A stretch of DNA of 53,349 nucleotides from an uncultured Candidatus Saccharibacteria bacterium (GTDB lineage Bacteria > Patescibacteriota > Minisyncoccia > Phycocordibacterales > PALSA-1337), in contig CAZVVX010000001.1 in the NCBI GenBank assembly GCA_964631035.1, positions 1-53,349 on the forward strand. The letters are read 5' to 3'. Made by a program: the position numbers and the translations under genes. The notes under the pieces are model-generated. The model was not told where the DNA came from. It saw only the letters and a program-made list of their open reading frames with translations, and searched no databases. Every line of letters begins with the position of its first letter. The first letter of the stretch is position 1. Positions 10,144 through 18,587 of the stretch are shown here, piece by piece.

Positions 10144-10572
10144 CTAAAATTTAAAATTTAAAATATTTCCCACCTTGATGCCATATTTAGATACCAAACC
10201 TGCATTTAATTCAATAACATACAACGCTTTTTGTGGTGGGACAAAACTTTCAGGATATGAATCTGGTTGAGCATTCTCTTTTATATGTATTACCTCTCTA
10301 TTCTCATTTAACCAAACAATATCAAGTGGGAATTTCATATCCTTCATCCAGAATTCATATATATCTGGCTGTTCAAAAACAAATAGCATAGCTGTATCAT
10401 TTGGCATTGATTCTCTGTCCCCGAGCCCCTTTTCCCTTTCTTCAACAGTATGAGCGATAATTAGGGAAATTGACTGATTGTTAATACGAAGAATTGGCCC
10501 CATATCTCTAAAATAGAAAATTACCGATAAAATTAAAACCAAAATTAGTAATATTGTTAACTTGAGTTTCAT
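10144..10572 (-). CDS. DUF192 family protein (signal-anchored)
   Basis: 142 aa. N-terminal TM, then GLGDRESMPNDTAMLFVF...FWMKDMKFPLDIVWL, typical of DUF192/COG1430. Confidence 0.6.
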   Translation of the reverse strand: MKLKLTILLILVLILSVIFYFRDMGPILRINNQSISLIIAHTVEEREKGLGDRESMPNDTAMLFVFEQPDIYEFWMKDMKFPLDIVWLNENREVIHIKENAQPDSYPESFVPPQKALYVIELNAGLVSKYGIKVGNILNFKF

Positions 10573-12435
10573 TTAATTAAATAATTCATCAATTACATTC
10601 TTATCTACGAAGCCTCCCGCCTGAAGATTCCATAATTTAGCGTATGTCTTATCATTCTTAATTAGATCATCATGGCTTCCTTGTTCAATTATTCCCTCCT
10701 TACCCAGAACAATTATTCTATCCATTTTCTTTATCGTTGATAGTCTATGAGCAATTACTATTGTAGTTTTACCTTTCATTAGTGTGTCTAGGGCATCTTG
10801 AATTAAAGACTCTGAATGTGAATCTAGACTAGATGTTGCCTCATCTAGTACAAGTATTGGCGCATTCTTAAGTAAAGCTCTAGCTATAGCCACTCTTTGT
10901 CTTTCTCCTCCAGACAACTTAACACCTCTTTCTCCAACCATTGTCTCATAGCCATTAGGGAATTCCTTAATGAATATATCGCAATGAGCCATTTTTGAAG
11001 CCTCCATAACTTGTTCATGTGTTGCATCTCTCTTGCCATATCTAATATTCTCATACAATGACCTGTGAAATAATGCTGGATCTTGTGGGACCAAACTTAT
11101 ATTATGTCTTAAACTTGATTGCTTAACCTTGCTAATATCTTGGCCATCTATAAGTATTTGACCTGATTTCAGATCATGTAATCGCAATAGTAATTTAATT
11201 AAAGTTGATTTCCCTGCTCCAGAATGACCAATCAATGCCACCTTCTCTCCAGCTTTTATATCGAAACTCAAATCATTAAATACTGGCTTATTCTCTCCAA
11301 ATGAGAAATTAATATTCTTAAATTCAATTATTCCATTACTTACTGTTAATTCACTTGCATTATCAGTATCCTTAATTTCATGAGGTAGATGTAGGATTTC
11401 TACCATTTGCTTTGCATCTGCTGTAGCTTCATAGAGGTCACGAATGATTCTACCAAAACCCCAGAGGCTACCTGTAATGTAAATTATATATGTCTGAACT
11501 AGCGTAAATGTACCTAAGGTTACAAGTCCCATTTCCCAATATTTGATACCATAATAAAATATAAAAAATTCTATTAATACATTTAATAGTGACTGAAATC
11601 CATCAAGTGAAGTACTCAAATTCCATCTAAATATTGCAACATCTAAATACTTTTTTATAATATCCCTAACTCTAAATGATTCATGGGAATGACCATTAAA
11701 TAACTGAACGGAATTATGATTAGATATTGCATCTGAAATGGTTCCCGTAACCTGAGAATCCAGTGCGGCTCCCTTAATATCATACTTCAATTTATACTTA
11801 GAAAATATAAAGGTTGAAACAAGAAATATACCAGCCCAAACCATAACAGCAATAGCTATATTTTGATCAACAAAATACAATACAGTAATTGATCCTACAA
11901 TTTTTATTATCAAAGGTACAACATCTTCCAAAACTGTATTCATTATTCTGTTATATGACCTTCCATATCTACCTATTTTCTGAACTAATGAACCTGAGAA
12001 ATTATTCGAAAAAAATAGAAATGAATGATCTGTCAAATAATCAAAGGCCTTTTGCATCAATACCTTACCCATATTAAATACTAGGTAGTTCTTTGAGAAA
12101 AATGCTAACCTATAGGCGAACCATTCGATTATATTTAAAATCAATACAACATAAACCACTTTTAATAGTGTTTGAGATAGTAATTTTACATCCCCCGCGC
12201 TAGCTAAAGTGTCAAAAAATATTTTGTAATAAATAGGTATTACTATTGTCTGAATTACTACAGCAACCGTCATACCAAAAACAACAAGTAACGCTATAAA
12301 TGTCTGGGGTTTTGTAGAAATTAAATAATCTTTAAGAACATCCCAGGTTGTAACATTTGGATAAATTATCTGTGGTTTATTTAACTTATGTAAATCCTTA
12401 TCTTCAGACATACGAATCATTATCCCCTTTTTCAA
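10573..12435 (-). CDS. ABC transporter, fused permease/ATP-binding (MsbA/multidrug exporter type)
   Basis: 620 aa. N-terminal 6-TM domain. Walker A GHSGAGKST, signature LSGGERQRVAIARA, Walker B ILVLDEATS. Confidence 0.85.
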   Translation of the reverse strand: MKKGIMIRMSEDKDLHKLNKPQIIYPNVTTWDVLKDYLISTKPQTFIALLVVFGMTVAVVIQTIVIPIYYKIFFDTLASAGDVKLLSQTLLKVVYVVLILNIIEWFAYRLAFFSKNYLVFNMGKVLMQKAFDYLTDHSFLFFSNNFSGSLVQKIGRYGRSYNRIMNTVLEDVVPLIIKIVGSITVLYFVDQNIAIAVMVWAGIFLVSTFIFSKYKLKYDIKGAALDSQVTGTISDAISNHNSVQLFNGHSHESFRVRDIIKKYLDVAIFRWNLSTSLDGFQSLLNVLIEFFIFYYGIKYWEMGLVTLGTFTLVQTYIIYITGSLWGFGRIIRDLYEATADAKQMVEILHLPHEIKDTDNASELTVSNGIIEFKNINFSFGENKPVFNDLSFDIKAGEKVALIGHSGAGKSTLIKLLLRLHDLKSGQILIDGQDISKVKQSSLRHNISLVPQDPALFHRSLYENIRYGKRDATHEQVMEASKMAHCDIFIKEFPNGYETMVGERGVKLSGGERQRVAIARALLKNAPILVLDEATSSLDSHSESLIQDALDTLMKGKTTIVIAHRLSTIKKMDRIIVLGKEGIIEQGSHDDLIKNDKTYAKLWNLQAGGFVDKNVIDELFN

Positions 12436-12528
12436 TTTTATTTACAACTATCAATAAACATTGCTGAATGGTGAAAATCAGCACTTTTCTTAAGCTTTTC
12501 TTAATAACTGATTTGCTATGGTTAGTGA

Positions 12529-12948
12529 ATGAGTAAATTTTACGAAACAAAAGTTAAAAAATTATCTGGTACAAGTTATAAAGATGTATATCCTCAGGCA
12601 TTATCAATTTATAAGAGAATATGTTCAAAAACAAAAAGACGACCTTATATTAGATCAAAATACTTTAATAAAGACAAGATATTTCTTGATTATTTTTGGG
12701 ATCATATCAGAACAAAAAATCCAAATGATCGTACTCGCAGACTAAGATACTATGAATGTGCACTGGGTTTGATTAAAAATTCGAATGTTGAGCCTATTAC
12801 AAAGACAAATCCAAATAAATCCTCTGAAAAATTACATCGCTTCCTCGGAAAAACTAAGAGTGGGGAACTATTTTATGTTCAAATAACTGAACATACTAGA
12901 ACAAAAAATAAACATCTAATGTCTGTATTTCCTACAGAAATAATATAA
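12529..12948 (+). CDS. Hypothetical basic protein (plus-strand accessory gene)
   Basis: 139-aa ORF, Lys/Arg-rich, with no motif I can name. It lies on the strand opposite to the core genes. Confidence 0.4.
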   Translation: MSKFYETKVKKLSGTSYKDVYPQALSIYKRICSKTKRRPYIRSKYFNKDKIFLDYFWDHIRTKNPNDRTRRLRYYECALGLIKNSNVEPITKTNPNKSSEKLHRFLGKTKSGELFYVQITEHTRTKNKHLMSVFPTEII

Positions 12949-13043
12949 AAGAAAAAAACCCTCCGCCAAGTGTGGTGTATAAACCACGGCCGAAAGTCTC
13001 TTTCATTACCAAATATTAACAAATATATTTTTAACGGTCAAAT

Positions 13044-13499
13044 CTATTTCCTACCACCTTTCAACGGATGCAGATGCGCAGCTATACCCATAGCAAGAGC
13101 AATTATTGCTAAATTTTTAATTATGTACTGCCCCTCTAAAGTTGGAGTCATAAATCCCTGCCATGTAACTGTTGTAAGGAAAATGAGAGGTAATACTGTC
13201 ATTATCATATGTGGTATAAGCAGAGCAATTGCCAATCTCTCAAGTCGAGGAATAATAAATGAAATACCGATTATCATTTCATAAATAGAAAATAAAACAA
13301 TGAATACATTCCATGTCATAAATGGTAATGTTGCCTCCATAAGACTCTGAACTAGTGGATTGGCAGGACTTGTACCGATTATTTTTAAAATTCCAAACCA
13401 GAAAAAAACTACAAAAAGTGCAAATCTAGCAAAAGGAATACTTAATCTTCTCAAAAATCCAATAAACCATATATCAAATTTTTCCAAAGAATTTCTCAT
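13044..13499 (-). CDS. Small integral membrane protein (about 4 TM)
   Basis: 151 aa with clear hydrophobic helix periodicity. Preferred over the overlapping plus-strand ORF 12970..13284, which has Cys/Ile-rich nonsense-like composition. Confidence 0.5.
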   Translation of the reverse strand: MRNSLEKFDIWFIGFLRRLSIPFARFALFVVFFWFGILKIIGTSPANPLVQSLMEATLPFMTWNVFIVLFSIYEMIIGISFIIPRLERLAIALLIPHMIMTVLPLIFLTTVTWQGFMTPTLEGQYIIKNLAIIALAMGIAAHLHPLKGGRK

Positions 13500-13533
13500 A
13501 CAATTTATTATAACATATGATAATATATAAAAT

Positions 13534-14097
13534 ATGAAAATCGCCTTCGTCGGACCACCAGCTGTCGGTAAAGATGCTATATCAGATTATATTGCACAAA
13601 AATTCTCATTAAAACACATTTCAAGCGGAAATATTGTTAGGGATTATGTTAAAAATAATAATTTAGGCAGTATAGATAGAGATAATTTAAGAATAATAGC
13701 CAACAAAATGCGTACAGAATTTGGTGGTGATATTTTGGTACAAATAGCTCTGAAAGAAGCTCATGATAATCTAATTTTGAGTGGTTTGCGATCAATAGAT
13801 GAAGTAAATACTTTCAAAAAACATGGTGGCAAAATAATATGCATCACTGCCCCATTAGAAAAAAGATATGAATTAGCCAAAATTAGAAGAAGAATTGATG
13901 ATAATGTATCTCTTGAAAATTTCAAAATATCAGAAGAGAAAGAATATTCAAATCCAGACAAAAATAGCCAAAATGTTCAGAGAGTCATAGAAATGGCTGA
14001 TATTGAAATAATAAATGATGGCAGTCTAGAAGAACTATTTGACAAAGCTACAAAAATAATTGATAACATAAAATCTGTGGATAAGTCATTGACATAA
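13534..14097 (+). CDS. P-loop nucleotide/nucleoside kinase (adenylate kinase / dephospho-CoA kinase-like)
   Basis: 187 aa. N-terminal Walker A FVGPPAVGKD. Size and layout fit small NMP-kinase-fold proteins. Confidence 0.55.
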   Translation: MKIAFVGPPAVGKDAISDYIAQKFSLKHISSGNIVRDYVKNNNLGSIDRDNLRIIANKMRTEFGGDILVQIALKEAHDNLILSGLRSIDEVNTFKKHGGKIICITAPLEKRYELAKIRRRIDDNVSLENFKISEEKEYSNPDKNSQNVQRVIEMADIEIINDGSLEELFDKATKIIDNIKSVDKSLT

Positions 14098-14116
14098 TTT
14101 TATTTAGGAGTATTAT
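14089..14116 (+). promoter_or_regulatory. Candidate sigma70-type promoter for the GC-rich island
   Basis: TTGACA (14089..14094, overlapping the last codons of the kinase gene), 16-nt spacer, TATTAT (14111..14116). The predicted start near 14123 coincides with the abrupt AT-to-GC composition jump at 14120. Confidence 0.4.
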
Positions 14117-14119
14117 TTA

Positions 14120-14395
14120 CCCTCGGAGATCTGACACCTTCCTACTTCGTAGGACCGTCTCGGATCAACAGCGCAAGGACAAAACACAACCCGAAAACAG
14201 GAGACCAACATTATGAATGTGTCGCCCCAAGCACGTCGCCGTCAGCTGGATCAGTTCGCCACCGGTTGTCACGTCGCCAACCATGCCACCACCGTTGCCG
14301 TCACCCCGGACCAGAAGGCCACCACCGTGTTCCCCGGCGGGTCCTGAGTCAACGCCACCGACTCAGCACTCGCAATGGTTCCCAAGGAGGAACCA
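14120..14395 (+). other. GC-rich, C-biased island (by eye about 55-60% GC against about 30% background)
   Basis: Abrupt composition change at both ends. Repeated GCCACC-like motifs. Local hairpins CCTAC-TTC-GTAGG (14141..14153), GAGTC-N9-GACTC (14346..14364) and GGTTCC-N6-GGAACC (14377..14394). Confidence 0.7.
14213..14347 (+). CDS. Candidate 44-aa small protein inside the GC-rich island
   Basis: ATG at 14213 is preceded by AGGAG (14199..14203, 9-nt spacer). It reads MNVSPQARRRQLDQFATGCHVANHATTVAVTPDQKATTVFPGGS then TGA. About four fifths of third codon positions are G/C, i.e. codon structure typical of a high-GC coding sequence. Too short for the ORF track. Confidence 0.35.
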   Translation: MNVSPQARRRQLDQFATGCHVANHATTVAVTPDQKATTVFPGGS

Positions 14396-14432
14396 CAGCG
14401 TAGAGAGTAAAATCTCTACGCTGTATTTTTTT
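14396..14432 (+). terminator. Rho-independent terminator closing the GC-rich island
   Basis: CAGCGTAGAGA-GTAAAA-TCTCTACGCTG (11-bp perfect stem) followed by TATTTTTTT on the plus strand only. Confidence 0.8.
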
Positions 14433-14458
14433 GTTTATTTTTTCAACAATTTACTATT

Positions 14459-15259
14459 TTATGGTTTATTTAAATAATTCTCATTTGAAATGATACTTCT
14501 ACCTATTTCCTTTTCTGCATGCTTTCGAGCATTTCCAGCAACATTTCCACCTCTTCTTGCAACTTTTTTGCTTTTATTGAAGCTTTCTGGCTTTTCTTTC
14601 TGAGAAATTTCAGTTGTCACTTTCTCACCTAGCATAGTAAAAATTAGTTCAAGATCAGTCATATGATCTCTTAGATTCTCTTTTTCCAAACCCTTTAAAT
14701 TCTTGTATTCAGCCGGTGTTATATTGAAAGTAGCTTTAGATATTTCTGCAGTTAAAATGGCATAATCTCTTTGTGTAGAAATACCCCTCTCCTTCCATTC
14801 ATCAGTAAGATTTTGTCTAATTGCTATACCTCTTAGCCTTTTATCGATCCAATCCTTAGAATATCCTTTCTGTTCATAAAGCTTTTTCATCCTTTCCTGT
14901 GCAAGTTCAGGATCTTCGATTTCCTGAATTCTTTCATATCCTACCTTAGCCAACCATCGTTTAAAGATTTCAGCTTTGGGTGATGGAATTGATTGGATTA
15001 TACGAAGAATTCCCTCTGTATTTGAACAAATTATTTTTTGTAACCCTCCTGATGTTTCGATTGGAAGGGGGGTGGCAATTTGCCCCCACCCTTCAGCTAA
15101 TTCTGGATCACGTCGGCGCATGTCTTTTAAATACCCATCTGGTTGACTTGAATTGGTTAGCGCCTCAATAATATCAACAACAACAAACCACCACTCATTA
15201 TTATGTATGGTTTTTCTTATCTTTTTTTCTTCAAATAAAGCAATTCTAGTATTTTCCAT
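14459..15259 (-). CDS. Bro-N domain protein (DinD / phage antirepressor-like)
   Basis: 266 aa. The N-terminal region ..IRKTIHNNEWWFVVVDIIEALT.. and the following KDWIDKRLRGIAIRQNLTDEW region resemble the Bro-N/DinD architecture, common in phage and mobile DNA. Confidence 0.6.
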   Translation of the reverse strand: MENTRIALFEEKKIRKTIHNNEWWFVVVDIIEALTNSSQPDGYLKDMRRRDPELAEGWGQIATPLPIETSGGLQKIICSNTEGILRIIQSIPSPKAEIFKRWLAKVGYERIQEIEDPELAQERMKKLYEQKGYSKDWIDKRLRGIAIRQNLTDEWKERGISTQRDYAILTAEISKATFNITPAEYKNLKGLEKENLRDHMTDLELIFTMLGEKVTTEISQKEKPESFNKSKKVARRGGNVAGNARKHAEKEIGRSIISNENYLNKP

Positions 15260-15347
15260 ACCCTAATTTTATCAAGTCCAAATGGCTTGTGAAGTTCCGG
15301 ACGAATAAAAATTATGCTATAACTGCAAAAATTGCTAAAATATAAAC

Positions 15348-15872
15348 ATGGAAGAAACTCATAAAGAAATAACTGTAAACGATAAGATGCAGTCAAATTA
15401 CAAATATTTCTTAATTGAACCTATTGGTAAAAATTTCGATAAAGAATTTAAGCCTGACCTAACACCAAAAGAAATGCTAGAACTTGGAGTATTCGGTGGA
15501 GTCTATATGAGAGACTGCACACAGGAATTCCCTAGTGATTGGTTCAAAAAAGCTAAATTCGCTTCAGCAGAGACTAATAAACCACAAACTGAATTAAATT
15601 ATTTCGGAATAAATGCTAGCCAACCACTATCAGTATGGAAAGCTAAGGGCTGGATATATCCAGAAGATCCAAGAGGATGGTTCCAGTGGTATTGCCGATA
15701 TTATATGGGAAGAAGAATACCAGATGAGGATATGAGACAAATCAAGAGATGGAAAGCTATAAAGCGCCACATAGCTCAGATAGCCTACAACTGTCGTGTA
15801 GGAGATGAATTCTGCAGAAGTAGGCAACGACAAGCAGTATTGCATTGGGCTTATGATAGTAGGAAGATTTAA
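15348..15872 (+). CDS. Conserved hypothetical protein
   Basis: 174-aa ORF with a Trp/Arg-rich conserved-looking block GWIYPEDPRGWFQWYCRYYMGRRIPDEDMRQIKRW. I cannot assign a family with confidence. Confidence 0.45.
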   Translation: MEETHKEITVNDKMQSNYKYFLIEPIGKNFDKEFKPDLTPKEMLELGVFGGVYMRDCTQEFPSDWFKKAKFASAETNKPQTELNYFGINASQPLSVWKAKGWIYPEDPRGWFQWYCRYYMGRRIPDEDMRQIKRWKAIKRHIAQIAYNCRVGDEFCRSRQRQAVLHWAYDSRKI

Positions 15873-16289
15873 TTAAATAGACATCAGAATCGCTCCGCAA
15901 GCAATAAGTATTGCACCTAATCCTTTATATAGAGTTAATTTCTCACCAAGAAATAATACAGCTAGAATTAGTACAAACAATACACTAGTTCTATCTATAG
16001 CCGATACTCCTGTAGCTGGACCCAATTTCAATGCATAGAAATAGAATAACCAAGACAATGCTCCAGCAATACCAGAAGCAAATATAAATAAATATGTTTT
16101 ATTATCTATTGAAGACAGATTGCTAAATTTACCAAGTGAAACAGATACTATAACCAAGAATAACATCATCACAATTGAGCGAATAGATGTTGCTAATGTA
16201 GTATCAATTCCCTTTAAGCCGATTTTCCCTAGTATTCCAACCGCTCCGGCAAATAGTGCTGATAGTAATGCGTAGATAGACCAGTGCAT
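15873..16289 (-). CDS. EamA-like (DMT superfamily) small membrane transporter
   Basis: 138 aa, 4-5 TM. The pattern ...AL.WLFYFYALKLG.A..V..IDR.S.. is typical of an EamA half-transporter. Confidence 0.6.
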   Translation of the reverse strand: MHWSIYALLSALFAGAVGILGKIGLKGIDTTLATSIRSIVMMLFLVIVSVSLGKFSNLSSIDNKTYLFIFASGIAGALSWLFYFYALKLGPATGVSAIDRTSVLFVLILAVLFLGEKLTLYKGLGAILIACGAILMSI

Positions 16290-16295
16290 AAAACA

Positions 16296-16736
16296 TTATT
16301 TCAATAATTGTCCTGAGCAATCGGTACTTTTATTAAAATCACTAGCTGATATATCAATTACTTTTGGAGAATTAGTATCAACACATACATAAATATCTCT
16401 GCTTGATTCTGATGCCTTAATCGAAGCTCCATTATCAAAATTAAATATTCTATATGAGTACTCGCCAGGATTACTATCTTGAAGTAAACTCAATTTTGCA
16501 TCAAGTGACTCCTTAACCTTCAAATCCTTATCATATTTTGTTGAATTCTTCGTATCACTATCGTGTTTAATTAATTCAATCATTGTGTTGGCTACAAAAG
16601 CTTTAAGTGAAGACTGAACTGCATTTTTAGTTGAATCATTTATAGCCTCCTGTATAACAGGTCCGGGTTTATTAATAACAAAAATTACAGCTAACAGAAT
16701 AACTACAACAACTAACACAATTATTATTTTTTTCAT
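16296..16736 (-). CDS. Signal-anchored protein with a pilin-like C-terminal Cys pair
   Basis: 146 aa. N-terminal TM without a G-F-T-L-I-E prepilin motif. C-terminal YVCVDTNS...STDCSG resembles the WCVDSTG...C disulfide region of the pilins at 40.9-44.8 kb. Confidence 0.4.
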   Translation of the reverse strand: MKKIIIVLVVVVILLAVIFVINKPGPVIQEAINDSTKNAVQSSLKAFVANTMIELIKHDSDTKNSTKYDKDLKVKESLDAKLSLLQDSNPGEYSYRIFNFDNGASIKASESSRDIYVCVDTNSPKVIDISASDFNKSTDCSGQLLK

Positions 16737-16786
16737 TTATATAAATATTATAATTAAATCTAGAACAAATTACATTATACTATATA

Positions 16787-17383
16787 TTATATTGGGCCGT
16801 ATACTAAGCAAGAAATAGCAAAAATTATTATTGGGACAAAAAACAATGAAATGAACAAGTATAGAATGTCTTTAAATTTCTGGGTTTGTTTGAAAATTGA
16901 AACTTCTCCAGTCTTCTCAATCGCTGATGATCTCTTAATAATCTCTGAAATTAATTCGCCACCCATTGAACGAAATGTATATGCTCCATGACGCTTTATG
17001 TTTGCTTTGTCTGTATACTTGCTGAATCCAGATTTTGTCTCTATAAAAAATGCATTGGATTTATAACCACGATGAGCATTCATTGTACTAGGCGCCCAAT
17101 CATAATGAATTGCCAATACTTCTGACCATGGTGCGACAATCTTAGAACTACCCTTTTTAATAGTAAGAGTTGAATCTGATATCTCAAATACTGATGGCCT
17201 ATAGAATAACGTTAAAAAATTTGCAACTAGACTAATTAAAAGAAAATAAATTGAAACCCTTGATAATCCAATATCGTCAGACAAAGTAAGTGAAAAGAAG
17301 AATAGTGAAAGTACAACTGTAATAACTCTATACTGAATCCTACTTTCATAGTAAATAATCTTATTGGGTATTGGTAGTGACAT
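16787..17383 (-). CDS. Hypothetical membrane protein
   Basis: 198 aa. Two N-terminal TMs and one C-terminal TM flank a soluble domain. Confidence 0.4.
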   Translation of the reverse strand: MSLPIPNKIIYYESRIQYRVITVVLSLFFFSLTLSDDIGLSRVSIYFLLISLVANFLTLFYRPSVFEISDSTLTIKKGSSKIVAPWSEVLAIHYDWAPSTMNAHRGYKSNAFFIETKSGFSKYTDKANIKRHGAYTFRSMGGELISEIIKRSSAIEKTGEVSIFKQTQKFKDILYLFISLFFVPIIIFAISCLVYGPI

Positions 17384-17460
17384 ATATTATTTGTTCTATA
17401 TTTTGTGCGTACATTGTGGATATTTTAGCATAAATTTAAATGGAAATTTGTTTATCTAAA

Positions 17461-17985
17461 TTACTTTTCTGCCTTTTCAAGCAATAGGTCACTATATGAT
17501 ACAGAAATAAGGTCAGACTCTGAAATGTCAAATTGTTTGAGATATTTATTACATTGTTCAAGTAATTTATCTTTTCCAATACTACCATCTTTATCTATAG
17601 CTTCTATTTCCATAAATGTACCTAGTTCCTGAACAGTATCGATATGAAATTTAACATTATCAATAAAATAAATCTCTCTTTTTTTATCAACAACTGTAAG
17701 TATTCCATTTGCATTAACCAATATTGACTTAAGTGAGCTACCTGGGTCAGATTTTAAGAGTATGATATCAGATTGCTTAGGACCCTCTTTATTCTCTCTT
17801 TCATAATAGATTAGATAATTTTCAATATTTCCTTCTCGTAGCTTCAAGCGACCATTATTTACTTTAAAGTATGTATCAATCTGATGATCAATTCCTTTAA
17901 AATCTGCATGGTTAGTTTTCAGAAATTCACGAATTTTATCGTGATTATTTGATTTAGCTTTTATTTCAATATTTATGTGTTTCAT
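17461..17985 (-). CDS. CYTH domain protein (class IV adenylyl cyclase CyaB-like / triphosphate tunnel enzyme)
   Basis: Starts MKHINIEIKAK (the EIK motif of CYTH). The track ORF extends to 18066, but that extension overlaps tRNA-Ser, so the ATG at 17985 is preferred. Confidence 0.65.
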   Translation of the reverse strand: MKHINIEIKAKSNNHDKIREFLKTNHADFKGIDHQIDTYFKVNNGRLKLREGNIENYLIYYERENKEGPKQSDIILLKSDPGSSLKSILVNANGILTVVDKKREIYFIDNVKFHIDTVQELGTFMEIEAIDKDGSIGKDKLLEQCNKYLKQFDISESDLISVSYSDLLLEKAEK

Positions 17986-18020
17986 AATATTATGACTACT
18001 CCGATACTTAACTATCATTG

Positions 18021-18107
18021 CGGAGAGAAGGAGATTCGAACTCCTGATACCCTTTCGGATATACAACCTTTCCAGGGTTGCCCATTCGACCGCTCTGGCA
18101 CCTCTCC
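18021..18107 (-). tRNA. tRNA-Ser (anticodon GGA), class II
   Basis: Minus strand GGAGAGG...CAACC-CTGGAAA-GGTTG, long variable arm TATATCCGAAAGGGTATC, T arm CAGGAGTTCGAATCTCCT, acceptor 3' strand CCTCTCC, discriminator G. No encoded CCA. Confidence 0.9.
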
Positions 18108-18111
18108 AAAA

Positions 18112-18576
18112 CTATATCTTATTGTTAACCATTTCTATCTCATCTGCAATACCCTCTATCAAATCTAATTCTTTAGCTTCTTCGAGACTAACCCATTTGA
18201 ACTCTACTGCATCCTCATCTAATTTCACTTCACCAGAAATATAAGGTGCATAATAACTTAGAACAATTACAGGTATTCCGTCCGGTCTAATGAAAGTTAA
18301 ATCAAGAAGATATTCAGCTTTACCTATTTCAATATTTACTTCTTCTTGAATTTCTCTTCTTAATGCTTTCTCTATTGGACTGTACCATTGTCCAGGATAT
18401 GTTTCCTTTGAATTTATATAATCGTCAACTTCTAATCCCCCTCCAGGCACCGTCCATTTATTGGGGTGAACTTTCTTGTTAGGGCTTCTTTTGGTCACCA
18501 AATATTTTTTGTCTTTATTATAAATAATACAAGTAGTTGCAATTCTATGTAATTCTTTATGTATTGGTGTTGACAT
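18112..18576 (-). CDS. NUDIX hydrolase
   Basis: 154 aa. Nudix box GGGLEVDD...EKALRREIQEEVNI. Confidence 0.8.
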   Translation of the reverse strand: MSTPIHKELHRIATTCIIYNKDKKYLVTKRSPNKKVHPNKWTVPGGGLEVDDYINSKETYPGQWYSPIEKALRREIQEEVNIEIGKAEYLLDLTFIRPDGIPVIVLSYYAPYISGEVKLDEDAVEFKWVSLEEAKELDLIEGIADEIEMVNNKI

Positions 18577-18587
18577 ATATTAATATT

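Noticed and set aside
12970-13284. 104-aa plus-strand ORF overlapping the membrane protein gene 13044..13499
   Set aside because: The composition looks like an antisense artefact. The minus-strand frame gives regular TM helices and a longer ORF.
14217-14477. 86-aa Pro-rich ORF from the six-frame track inside the GC-rich island
   Set aside because: It reads through the strong terminator hairpin and into AT-rich DNA, overlaps the convergent Bro-N gene end, has no RBS, and shows weaker third-position G/C bias than the +1-shifted 44-codon frame starting at 14213. It is a typical open frame generated by high GC content.
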